This document shows positions 11,711-24,371 of a stretch of 64,000 nt of DNA, piece by piece. Position 1 is the first letter of the stretch. Each line of letters begins with the position of its first letter. Made by a program: the position numbers and the translations under genes. This DNA comes from the human T2T-CHM13v2.0 reference genome, Homo sapiens. The notes under the pieces were generated by a model, which saw only the letters and a list, made by a program, of their open reading frames with translations, was not told where the DNA came from and did not search any database. The stretch lies in NCBI RefSeq assembly GCF_009914755.1, contig NC_060939.1; one strand, 5' to 3'.

Positions 11711-14700
11711 CAACTTTAAATTTTCAGTTTATTCCCTCCAGGCCCTTCTCAAATGTACAGGACTCAACACCAAGTTGATTTTTCGTAAGTCTCATCCTTG
11801 GTCAAATCTTAACCTTGCGGATTCTCAGACCGTATTGTGAATAATAGTTTCTTCTCCCTAAATAGCCTTTTAACCTCACCTCTAAGGGTGAAGAAGAGCT
11901 GCTAAAATAATTAAAATGATTCAGTCACAAGAGCCTGCCTGTTTCAAATGTTTTGAACAAACTTTTCTGTTCTGATCTCCCAGGGAAAGCCTCCACGTGA
12001 TTTGCAAGCACCTTTAGAATAAGCTAAGCCACGTGGCTTTTAAGACAGTGCCTGGTTTAACAGCTAAACTTGCGGTGGAGGAGAGCTGACCACTTCCTAT
12101 GCAACTGTGTGCAATTCTTATCAGGACAAGTCCAGCTGCTCTGGGCTAACTAGCTCCCCAAAAGTGATTCCCCCAGGCCCCAGCTAGGAGCAGCTAACAT
12201 AAATGCAAAATGCACAACCCCTTCCCCCTTCACAGATAAAAGGCTGTGAAATATATAGGCCTCATTTTAATAGGGCCTCAGCTAGGTCTCTGTTTTTTGC
12301 ACCCACAGCTAATTGAACGGGCAACTAGAGCAGACACAATTGGACACGTAGTTAAGGAACCACCTCACCACCTGGCTTGCACACATAATTAAATATTTGC
12401 ACCTGCAATGGTAGTATGTGTGAAAGTTATCCCTGTAATTAGTTGTCGGGGTAGAAATACATGTAATTTTTAAAACCTTCTCTAATTCCAATAGTTATTT
12501 TTAAATAGATATTTTTTGTTGAAATAAAAGAACTCCTAACAAATTAGTGCTTTTAAAAGAAACTATTTCATATTGTGTTCTTTTCAGGTACTCCTCTAAA
12601 AATATAGCTTTCTACTGCTTCTATAGGCAACTGAATTGTAGGAGCATTGTTTGCATGTATTTTCAGTAGGTTTGGCATGTGATTAAGTCTACCTGCTTTT
12701 CATTCATTCATTTATGCATTTGCTCAATAAACACACTAAGTCCAGACTACGCCCTTGCTTTGAGGATACTAATATATTTAAAAGGGTACATCTGCCTACA
12801 GACTCATGAGTACGGGGTGAAATTTGGATTAATATTTTTATCAAATAATTACAATTTAATATTGTAAGTGTGTATCTCATACAAGAGATGAGGGTACATA
12901 GAAAAAAAATTTAACATAAAATTTTGAGTTGTTCCCCCTCTGTGGAACAATGGTATGTGTAAAGATTTTGACAATTACACAGGTTCTTTATTTGAGAAGA
13001 TTCTACTGTTTCATTACCTGCAGATGTTGTTTAACAACATGAAAGAGTTGCCTATTTTTGACATGCTGTGTAACATATAACAATAAAAGATTTTAGTAAA
13101 TAAGCATATTGCCGTACTATAGGACATGAAATGCCTCTTAGCACTGATGGGAAATAAAGTCCCTCTGCCTCTCCCCCAGGAGAGATAACACGCCAACGTT
13201 TTGGCAAACGCTTTCAGTACAGATGCATATTGTGTGTCTTTATCCATAATGGACACTTGTACTTTAATTTTTATCCCCCACATCCCTTCTATTATTGAAA
13301 TGCTGAAACAAAATGTCCGCAGCTTTGAGAGTAAATCCGCAGCATTTAGATTTCACATGGATTGCTCCTCTTTTCTTCACTTTGTATTTGAACTGATGAT
13401 TTCTTACCTCTAAGGACACGCTGTTTTGGCCACCACTTATCTTGTCTCCTGATAAGCTGGCCCATTTAGGGTTGTCCTAGAAAGGCTTTTTCAGTCCCGA
13501 ATCTTATGATTATCACACACTGTGGAATTTTGATCTAAACATTGTGAGTGTTCAGAATATCGAAAAGTCACCAAGAAGCCCCACTCTCTCCAACAAGATG
13601 ACCTGCAAGGGCGGCTTGATAGGAAAGCTGAGCCCAGCTCTCAGAGAATAAGCAGGGGTGTGGGGGCAGCCTGGGAGTTGGGATCAGCCTCTAGACCTTG
13701 AAGTGCAGCAGCTGTGCGTTGTCTTTGAGGCTGAGGATCAAGCAGAGAATATGAGATAGGCAAACGTTGGCTTAAACTTTCTTCTCTCTTTGATTGTCCT
13801 TGGACATCTGCCTCATCTCCTGTCAAGAATGTTTGGCAGCTGTTAGCTCAGAATAACACAGTTCTGCTGCCCCAGCCGCTACCCCAGTCTTCTAATACTT
13901 TAAGCCAACTAGTCTCCGTTATATGCCTGGCCTGATACACAACTATGCTAATGCCTTGAGCTAACTAGCTTTCTATCAAGCCATGGAAAACACAGGGAGA
14001 GAGTCTTTGGTTTATTTTCCTCACGTGCTAATTGGCTTTAATTGTTGGCCAATTGGATTTCAAGTTCAGAAAAGACTGGACTACACAAAGACAAGTGTTA
14101 ACTTAAGACCGTGGGAGAAGCAAGCCAGCCCTTTTGGTCTTTAATGTAGTAGACTTTATGCAGATGCACATGTCTCCCGGCCGTGGGGGTCCAGGGGAGA
14201 ATGCTGTGGGACCATCATGATGGTTTCTTAAAATCCGTAATTTTCCCCATAGGCCAAATACCAAGCACGGGGACCACCTAACCAGAAGTTGGGGGTGAAT
14301 ATATTTAGCATTTTTAGCACCCATTATACCTCATGTTTTTATTGTAATGACCTTCTCTCTGTCACTAAGAAACTATCATTGTGAGAAGAGAAAGTGCTGA
14401 GTTGCAAATATTTAAAATGGACATGTTTGTATCTAATCTGGGAGACTAATATGCCATGATAATAAAAATGTAGATTTATTTCACCCACAGTCCTAATGTC
14501 ACATTCATGGGTATTCATGTACGGCAAAACAGAAGTGTCAGAACTGGTCCCCTGAATACCTGTGCTTTTCAAATAAAGTACAAACAAGTCACAGTAGTCA
14601 ACTACAAGGGGCATCAGGACACTATATTATTAATAGCTTTGAATTATTTCCAATAATGGTCATAGGTTCGTTCTGGGGGCTGCTGTGACTTAGAATTGCC

Positions 14701-14849
14701 ATCGATATGGGATGATATTACAGAATGGTGACTTACTGCCCATTCTCCCAAAGTGTCCCTCCAAGAGATTACCCCAGTGCTAATTCCCCAAATTCTCTTT
14801 TTCTATATTGGGCCTGAAATGTATCTACAAACACAAATGGTTCTACTGC

Positions 14850-14990
14850 TTTGATGGAATTGACCAGTCAGTCAGTCTAACACCTGTCAATTCGGTCACA
14901 GGGTTTTTGACATTTTTGACTGAATTGACCAGGTGCTAGACTAAACCCACCGGTTGATTTCATCAAAAATTGTCAAACCAGTTTTGTGAT
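14850..14990. repeat. Internally palindromic module, possibly an ancient MITE-like DNA element
   Basis: 14874-14898 is an inverted repeat of 14917-14942; GAATTGACC-like units recur on both strands. Confidence 0.75.
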
Positions 14991-16113
14991 TGGACAAAGC
15001 CAGAATCAACACCCTCACTGGTATTCCTCCCTGTGCCTTGTTAACACCCTTGTTTCCTCATTTTTCTGGCTCTAGATGCCAAAACACCTTGAATTTACAT
15101 ATATCCATATGTACCTGTATATGTGAGGATCTCTTCTAATTAACCATTGTTAAATTTGTAATTTATAAATGGTATAGTGCATAGTAAATCATCCCTTTGT
15201 ATAGCTCTAGTTCCAAATAAGATAATTTAATCACCTATTAATTTATTTCACTAGCACTTTTCATTTCTAGCCCTGACATAATAGAGAGTGTGGTAAGTGC
15301 AGAATCATCACTGCTTGGCAGGCCAGACAAATGATTCCAGGCTATGTGAAGTAGCTTCTGGAGAAAGCTTTTCTCTCTTCCACTGCCCTAAGACTTACCA
15401 AGTTCAGAAATAATTTTTTATGACCATTAGTCATTGCCTATCACCACCCTCCTCACTTCCCACAGGAATTTAAGAAGCGGGAGAGGAAACTCTGTCTATT
15501 TTATCCCCTGATCACTTCCGCATGCCTAGAATTGTGGCAGCACATTACATCTAGACCCTCGGCCATGGTTCTCAGAGATTTCTGGACTAGCAATGCTTAT
15601 TATAATGGGTTAGGTCTGGAAGGCGCATGCTGGAATGTCTCCTTTCTCTCAACATTCTCAGCACTTTCCACCCAGCTGACTTGAATCATTTAGTCTACCC
15701 CACATTACATTTATGATGTTATCTTATCCTTTATTCATAGACTATAAATTCCCAGCAAAGGGATAGTACTGTGGTATAGTTCATCCTATGCCAACCACAG
15801 CACCTTATAAATAGTAGACAAGAAGAAACATCTATAGGCTTAAGAACATAGTCATTGATAAGTGAAAGAGCAGTATTCACTACTAACGATCAATGCAGCA
15901 CATAGGATTCACCATAGAATAACTCCTAACACTTTATTGAATAACCCATATCCTTCTCAGGCAATCCAGTGTGGATGGGTCCAGTGAGAAAAAGGAACTG
16001 GCCAACATGAGATTAGAAAGGAGGCATAGTGTAATTCAGCGATGGGTTTAATTAGAACCCTAGACTTAGCATCCTTCACTGGCCGTAAGCAAAATGTTCT
16101 CAGAAACACGTCT

Positions 16114-16653
<540 letters not shown>

Positions 16654-16934
16654 TCACCACATCATTTTGATACTCCTCATGAGCTATAGACACAGCATTT
16701 CTAGTCTTTTCACAAGATCTGACACCTCTGTTTGTCACCCTCATTTTCCTTGAAGAGTGAAACCCTTCTGAAGAGCTAAATGATATTACGTGTGACACTT
16801 GGACAGAACATCAGTTTATGGCCCAGAAAACCATCCTCATTAGGTAAAATATGATCATTACCTCAAGCCTTGGGAAGATCTCCACTTGTATTTTCTCTTT
16901 CCAGTGGCTACCAAAAGCCAAAGTCATTACCTTT

Positions 16935-17233
16935 TTCTTCTTTTTTTATTTTCTTTCTTTCTTTTTGTTTTGAGACAAGATCTCACTCTATTGCATATGC
17001 TGGGGTGCAGTAGTGTGGTCACTCCTCACTGCAGCCTTGACCTCCCAGTTACAAGTGATCCTCCCACCTCAGTTTCCAAAGTAGCTAGGACTACACGTGT
17101 GCACCACCATGCCTGGCTAAATTTTCTGTTTTTGTAGAGACAAGGTTTTACCATGTTGCCCAGGCTGGTCTGAAACTCCTGCCTCGGCCTTCCATAGTGC
17201 TGGGATTATAGGTATGCACTACCATGCCCGGCC
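16935..17233 (-). mobile_element. AluJ with internal deletion
   Basis: Antisense Alu; TSD AAGTCATTACCTTT (16921-16934 / 17235-17248). Confidence 0.95.
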
Positions 17234-17354
17234 GAAGTCATTACCTTTCATGGTTTGTGCTGTTAAATCTTCTTTCCCCAAGCCACCTAAAATGATCTGA
17301 ATCACAAGAGTACTTTGATTAGAAAATCTTGATTCTAGAGTTCTCAATCTGTGT

Positions 17355-17466
17355 TAATAAATAATAATTGCTAATGGTTGTAAAGCACTATCACCTGCCA
17401 GACCCTGTACTGAGGACATTGCATGGGTTACCCCATCTTGATCCTTCCAATACTCCTATTGAAAGT
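17355..17466 (-). mobile_element. MIR fragment (3' end)
   Basis: AATAATTGCTAATGGTTGTAAAGCACTATC...GCCAGACCCTGTACTGAG. Confidence 0.6.
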
Positions 17467-17806
17467 AGCTATGGTCTGAATGTTTGGGTCTCCTCAATAT
17501 TGATGTGTTGAAATCCTAATTCCCAAGGTGATGGTATTTGAAGGTGTGGCCTTTGGGCTGGAGCCCTTATGAATAGGATTAGTTCCCTTAGAAAAGAGGC
17601 CTGAGGGAGCTTCTTTGCCCCTTCCACCAAGTGAGAACACAAAGAGAAGTTACCATCTGTGAGAAAGCTGGCTTTCACCATACACTAAATCTACCAGTGC
17701 CTTCATCTTGGACTTCCCAGCCTCCAGAACTGTGAAAAATAAATGTTTGTTGTTTATTAGTCACCCAGTCTAAAATATTCTGTAGCAGCCCAAATGGACT
17801 AAGGCA
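17467..17806 (+). mobile_element. MaLR solo LTR, MLT1A-like
   Basis: CTATGGTCTGAATG start, GGACTTCCCAGCCTCCAGAACTGTGA motif, AATAAA, GACTAAGGCA end; 5-bp TSD AAAGT. Confidence 0.9.
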
Positions 17807-19560
17807 AAAGTGTTTTTCACCTCATTTCTTGTGTTCACTCCAGCACCATAGGCACCACCCACCACCATAACCATGGTCCTGTTTGCATGAAGGTCTAAGG
17901 ATACAGATTATGGTGAGCACTGAACACTAGGAAGCCACAAAAAGCTCAGGGTCTTCTGCTTCAAGAATGAGCTGCGTTTTCCAAATAAAGTTGAGTAAAG
18001 CTCAGTGTCTAGTTCAAGAGGTACGGAAATGGGGCAGAGAAGTATGAACTTGGATATAAATTTGAATCTTCTTTTGGCTAAGGTTATGCCCTCAAGCAAG
18101 CCACTGACCCACTCTCATTTGGATTTTCTTTTAAACAATGGAATTCTTTATGTTGACATGTAACAGTGGAATATATATAAATGAGAACCAATGTTCCAGA
18201 GGATCATGCTCTATTGTTCCATGGCATTGTTCCTCTCTCTTTCTGTCACCATATATCTTTACCCAGTTGTGAAAATTCAGTCCAGGCTGCTTACAACCTA
18301 GGTCGCCTAGTGCCTGCCATAACCAGTACTCCATGTTTAAGGAATGAATTGTTCAAATAAAGGCACAGCATAAGACTGTTACCCTAAATGGGTGCTAAGA
18401 GGTTTCATTTCTTTATACTTCTGGTCCTGAACATGCTAGGAACATGCTCTTAATAGTTTATAATTCAAAAAGTGAAGATATTAATTCATCAATATAGAGG
18501 GACTGATATTTGATTCAGTTCAAAGAAGTTCATAATTGCCTTTTTATGGGCAGTTTGTAGCTCTGTATTTAAAATGCCTGAAGAGACTTCTAAATCTTTT
18601 TGTTTTTTTTGACTAAGTTACAAAATCAGCATCACTCCTTTCACGTTAAGCCAATAATACTTTTGAAGAGAAAGAAAAACAACCTTCAGAAGCTGAAAGT
18701 CACAGACGGTTCAGGGCTTCCAAATGCCAAGAAGTTTGCATTTGAGACACAATAATTTTTTGTTATTGTTTGCTTCATTGACCTATATCATGTAAAAGAA
18801 ATGCAAAGGAATTGAAATACAAAAATTATCTTTCCATCCCAAAGTAGAAGCCAGCTCGGCAGCGCAGCTGTTTCAGGGCAAGACCTCTGTTCCACGCTTT
18901 CCTGACCTAGGGCTTCTGCCTCCTCTGTATCTGTTGCAAACGGCATCTTCTTGCAGGTGGGTCATTTTCCTTTGAAGACTGATGCTTGGAAGAGCAAGCA
19001 CAAGACAAGACCACCCAGAGGTTTGCCTGGAGAAATACTACACTAACGATTGGGCCTGGAGCTTAGAAACTAGCCCAGAAAGCACAGTGGAGCTGGAAAC
19101 TCACCCAAGCCAGGATAGAGAAGAGGATTCTTTGGGACGGGAGTAAACTAAATAAGAAAGACTTCACATTATTCCCGACCCGTCCCTCTGCCCCTTCCCC
19201 AATACTCAGCTCCACAACTAGGTGGATTTTCAGCAATTTATGTCAACAAATCATTTATCTCGGAAATGTTTCTAATTACTCTAATTTTCATCACAAAGTT
19301 TTTGATGCCAACTACAACATAATAAGTTCCTACCAGCCTTTCATCATATAATGATATCCATTTCCCCAAAGGGGAGTCCTTTAAGATGCTCACCTCCCTA
19401 AACAGAAACTTCACTAGAGGGTGAATTGTTCAGAATGAGCTTTTCCCCCCTCCACAAAGTTTCCTGTTTTCCTCTACCTATTTCCTATTTCCAAATTGAT
19501 AATTCACATGTTTCTTTGGTAAGCAGGATTGTGTCTTTGTGTAGTTTCTTTGCTGGTAAT

Positions 19561-19632
19561 TTAGGAACCTTCAGTGCAGACACTTGACTGAAGAAGAGCC
19601 TTCAGGCAAGTGTCCACACTGAAGGTTCCTAA
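19561..19632. repeat. 72-bp near-perfect inverted repeat (hairpin)
   Basis: 33-bp stem with 30 Watson-Crick pairs and a 6-nt loop. Confidence 0.95.
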
Positions 19633-20252
19633 GTGACTTCGAGAACCATCTCTTCACTCTCCTTAGCTACCAGACTACCAAGTAGCACTGCACTACTCTC
19701 TGGTTAAACCAAGTCTTTTAGAGATTCAGACACAGGGGCCAAGAAAGGTCTATCTGCTATCCATGACTACACAAGCCATGCTATTGTTATCATGGGTGAG
19801 AAAAGTGTCAAGGGAAAGCAGACTTCCTAGCTGTAAAAAATAAAAAAAGTGCTGCTCCAGATATGTGATGTAATTTGTAGCAAACTCAAATTAAAACTCA
19901 GAGTCTCTGCCTTTTAGCTTCCTGGAAGTTTCTTGAGCAAAACATCCAAATACGTAGTCACTGCTCAACTAGGACTTAATGAGGGCTAACTGTGAGTCAC
20001 ACAGAAGAAGAAGATAGCAGAAACAGAAGAAGCTTTCTGTCCTTCAGAGGACACCCTGGAAACGGAAGTGTGTTGTGCAGAACTCCCAGTTTGCAAGTGC
20101 TCACTTCATCCCGTACATGGTCTCAGATGCAGTTCTCTGAGCTGAGGCCTGAAAGGGTAAAGCATGATCCATGGTTCCCTACTAAACAATTATACAAAGC
20201 AGGATAGAACAAAGAGGTGCAGACAAAATTTAGAGCATGCATCCCTATAGCT

Positions 20253-20466
20253 TAGGGTTTCCCAACCTCAGCACTATTGATATTTTGGACCGCATAGATC
20301 TTTGTGGTAGGGACTGACCTGTGTATCATGGGATGTTTAGCAACACACCTGTCCTCCACCCACTGGATGCCTATACACCCCTCTTAGTCGTAACAACCAA
20401 AAACTCATTTTAGACTTCACTAAATGTCCTTTGAGAGGCAAAGTCACCCCCACTTGAGAACCTCTG
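20253..20466 (-). mobile_element. MER20 (hAT-Charlie)
   Basis: GGGTTTCCCAACCTCAGCACTATTGA...TTGAGAACCTCTG; partial 8-bp TSD CTATAGCT / CTATAACA. Confidence 0.9.
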
Positions 20467-20569
20467 CTATAACAATGGGAGGTGAGGAAGACTTGAAGGG
20501 AGAGAAAGTACAAAATCTGTGAGAGAGAAAAAAGAGCACATTTCAGGCAAGAGAATCAGCAGAACAAGA

Positions 20570-21050
20570 GTCCTTGGCCTTCCAGAGCCTACTACATTAA
20601 GCACAACCTCCTTAGTGTGACACTCAAGGGGTCTTGCGATATAACCCCAGCCTACCTATTCAAACGCATTCTGTACTTCTGCCCTTCCCTAAGGCTCACA
20701 CTCTAGCCACGCCAGATGAATAAGGGTGTGCTGTTGCTTCTTTTTCAAGCACTCATATAATTTATTAGATAATTAGTTACTCACATGCTTCCTTCAGCTC
20801 AAAAATTCCTTCTCCCCCTCTTAGTTACTTTGAAGAACTCTGTTATTTTCTAAGGCCAGGCTGAGCTCAGAGAACAATTCCTCAGTGAAGATTTGAGCAA
20901 CACTCAAGTCAGTGTTTTCTCCACCACTTGCAATGTTGGTCTTTGTAACCTATCTCTCTTCTCCCAAATGGGCTCCAGAGGTAAAATTATGTCTCCCGTT
21001 CATCTTTCCAATTCAGGTAAATGTCATCCTGTTCTGCAAATAATAGGCCT
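20570..21050 (+). mobile_element. L2 fragment
   Basis: Pyrimidine-rich, degenerate L2 3' region motifs. Confidence 0.5.
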
Positions 21051-21112
21051 AAAATGAGAATTCTCTGAAAGACAAAAAAAAAGTTATGAATCTTATTTGA
21101 AAGACAGAGGGG

Positions 21113-21394
21113 TGCCTGGGCACGGGGGGTCATGCCTGTAATCCCAGCACTTTGGGAAGCTGAGGCAGGCGGATCACGAGGTCAGGAGTTTGAGACAGGC
21201 CTGGCCAACATAGTGAAACCCCGTCTCTACTAAAAATACAAAAATCAGCTGGGTATGGTGGCAGGAGCCTGTAATTCCAGCTACTCAGGAGGCCGAGGCA
21301 GGAGAATTGCTTGAACCAGGGAAGTAGAGGTTGCAGTTAGCCAAGGTTGTGCCATTGCACTCCAGCCCGGGTAACAAGAGTGAAACTCTGTCTC
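21113..21394 (+). mobile_element. AluS (Sg-like)
   Basis: Dimeric Alu with GGATCACGAGGTCAGGAGTT. Confidence 0.96.
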
Positions 21395-21423
21395 AAAAAG
21401 AAAGGAAGAGAGAGAGAGGGAAA

Positions 21424-21469
<46 letters not shown>

Positions 21470-21476
21470 AAGAAAG

Positions 21477-21538
<62 letters not shown>
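21395..21538. repeat. (GAAA)n/(GA)n compound microsatellite derived from the Alu tail
   Basis: About 140 bp of uninterrupted purines. Confidence 0.97.
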
Positions 21539-21619
21539 GTAGGTGCAAGGGTAAGTATGGCTCATTCATTCCATATGGAAAGACTTGGACACCAAAAAAT
21601 AAATTGTGTAATCTTTAAA

Positions 21620-22075
21620 ATTCACTTATTCAACAAGTATTTATTGAGTGACTATTCTCTGCTAGACATTGTGCTAGTTGCTGTGGATAGTACAATGTTT
21701 AAGCAATTGAGTGTTGTCAGTCAAGTGCTATAGTCTAGGCGAGGAGGGAACAGATAGTAAATATTTTTCCTATAAATTTCAGATCATTACTGCCATAATA
21801 ATGTGATATGGTGGTGTGATCAAGGGCAATGGGATGGAGCTAGGTTAAATGTGGTGGTTCAGGGAGGCTTCTTTGAGAAGGAATTTGAATTGAATTTGAA
21901 CTCTCAATTTGAATTGAATCCTAGTAGATGTGGAGTTGAGCTAAAAACATCCCAGATAGAGAAGTTAGTGAGAAGTTCACACAATGTAAATGGTTCATCT
22001 TGATGAAAACAAAAGAGGCTAACCTGCTAGAGTATGTGCATGGTAGAAAATAAGATAGAAAATGAGATTGGATAT
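21620..22075 (-). mobile_element. L2 3' fragment
   Basis: ATTCAACAAGTATTTATTGAGTG...GCTAGACATTGTGCTAG. Confidence 0.7.
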
Positions 22076-22126
22076 AAATATTTTTGAGTAGTAGTAGAAG
22101 GGGAACTGGCTAGGAGCCCAGTCTAT

Positions 22127-22127
<1 letters not shown>

Positions 22128-22165
<38 letters not shown>

Positions 22166-22183
22166 CACGCACGCACACACACA
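22128..22183. repeat. (CA)n/(CG) microsatellite
   Basis: Directly visible. Confidence 0.95.
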
Positions 22184-22264
22184 CCCCATGCATGCATATC
22201 TGTAAATTAAAAATCATTACTCTTAGGCCTGTGGAAATAATACTATAGGTGGTGGTGTCCTGGC

Positions 22265-22410
22265 TTTACAATTCATTTCATTGAATTTCGAGACACCCCT
22301 AAAAGATGAGGATTATTATTTCCTTTTTATAACCTGAATATAAAAGTTAAATATTTTCCCAAAGATCATACAAATCACAAGTGACAGAGTCAAATGTCAA
22401 ACCCACATCT
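22265..22410 (-). mobile_element. MIR fragment
   Basis: AAGTTAAATATTTTCCCAAAGATCATACA...AAGTGACAGAG. Confidence 0.6.
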
Positions 22411-24371
22411 TCCCCAACCGTATGTTTGTAAAAATTATTAGAAAAAACTCAATTATTTTTCATTCCAGGACATAACAGTTTTGTTGATCTAATAATGGTT
22501 GCACTTAAAAAAAAATAACTGACTATGAATTGCTAAGAAGACTTAGAGGTGAATCAAGGAATTGCATTTGTGCAGGAATTTCAATAATGGTCTTGATGGC
22601 AAATATTATGATATAAAAGTGCATTATCACCTGCAGCATCCACCTTCTTCTTTGTAGTCATGGCAGTTGGGACCCCTTCATACAAATGGCTTGGAATATA
22701 GAAAAATCCATAGACACATACAAATTTAGGGATTCACTAAGCCATTCAACAGTGATCCTTTGGAAATGTCTAGAACAACAATAAAACAACCGAAAAAAGG
22801 AAAATCCCATCCCTCTAACAGTAGCAAGAAATGAACAGAAAGAAGTCGTATATGATGTCCTGTAAATGTTTTAAATTAAATCCTGTTACCTTGCTCAGGA
22901 GGGAGCGCTACAGCAATTTCCCTCCAAACAGTTAAAAACTGGAGCTTGAGTTTCCACAAGTGAGTGAAGTTCTGATTTGGTTTAGATAGATTTGTATTCC
23001 AGAATTAATCTCAAAATCTCTTCTGGGGTGTGTAAACAGTCACAAGACTTGTGTGGAAATCAAAACCAAGGTCTAGGATTCTATTTGTTGCTTCCTGGGA
23101 TGCCCTCCGCCGCCAAGCCTTTCGTTTCAGAATGAACTGGTGGAGTTTCTAAACATCAGCTGCATCCTAACAAACCGTAGGGCTCGGGTCTCAGCAGGCT
23201 GGCGGGGGAGCTGCTTGCATTCCTCTATGTGGTGGTCTCTTCAGGAGGGCGTTGGATTACATCGTCCGGCAGCCACCAGCTCTTCCTTTGGCCTCAGCAA
23301 ACTTTGCAGTGGTGCGTTTTTTTCCCTACACAGCAGGCCCCACTAGCGCCTCTTTGGCTGCTGGGGCCAAATCCCAGGAGTCAGGGGGTGTGGGGCCCAA
23401 ATTGATAACTGTGTCCATTGACTTTCCGTTCCCGATTCCACCTCTTTCATTATGTTGGGGAGCTTTGTCCCACAGAAGATTATGCAGTGGATTGCAGAGG
23501 AGATGGGACTTCAGGAAGATAGAGCACACAAAAAAGTGTGACAAATTGCAATGACAGGGCTGCGATGGTCGCTTGTGATGGAGTGAAATTAAATCCCCCA
23601 CCAAACAATACTGCTTTATTCTATGTCTATGGGGACCCTTGTTGGGCCTAGATTGAGAGAGAAAGTCAGAAGAAGAGCGTAAGAAGGATGCACTCACACG
23701 GTCAAAAGGATATTTTTTTCCACATTCATCCGATTTACTTTCTTCAATAAAATTGCAATATAACACATATCTAGAAATGTGGTAAATGTGTGGGTATCCC
23801 TGAGCAACAACGTAAGAGTGTAGGACACTCTTTGTGAGTGCTTCACTAATGCTTTTTATAATAGCCCAAGTATAGGACACAAAGCCAAATCCTTTCTCAC
23901 ATTCAAAGTCTTGATCTGTTACAATTTCTAAGGGATTGTATTAGGATCCTGGTTAAAAAGAAGAATCTGCATGAGCACTCCAGGTCCTTATTTTTCTAGA
24001 TATACTATGAGGCTTGTACACCCAGCACCCTTCTTCCACCTTATTACGTCAGAGCCCTAAGAAGAATCGATATTTCTTGTTCCTGCCAAACACAAATGTC
24101 TGGGAAACTGAATTTCAACTTCTAGGCCTCCCTGAACTCAGAGTACAAAGAACTTACTGGGCACTTTGTCATGAATCTCAACTTTTGACATCCCCTTAGC
24201 TCACCTCCCAAAATCAGTAGAACTGCCCCCTGCCAGTAAGCATGGTGGTTACCTGGTAAGTCTCCCTCCCTTGTGAGAAACCTCTCAAAAGATGTTATTG
24301 TCAAGTTGTCCAGAAGGGGTGAAGTTAAGGTGATTGAAACTGAATGTTGGCCATGTCTCACATTTGTAATG

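Noticed and set aside
21281-21733. Lys/Glu/Arg-rich and Phe/Leu/Ser-rich ORFs (also at 30076 and 52661-52930)
   Set aside because: They are produced by (GAAA)n/(GGAA)n repeats.
23326-23880. 184-aa minus-strand ORF; also 40456-40899 and 55181-55648
   Set aside because: No recognisable homology, composition typical of random non-coding ORFs, and no supporting splice structure.
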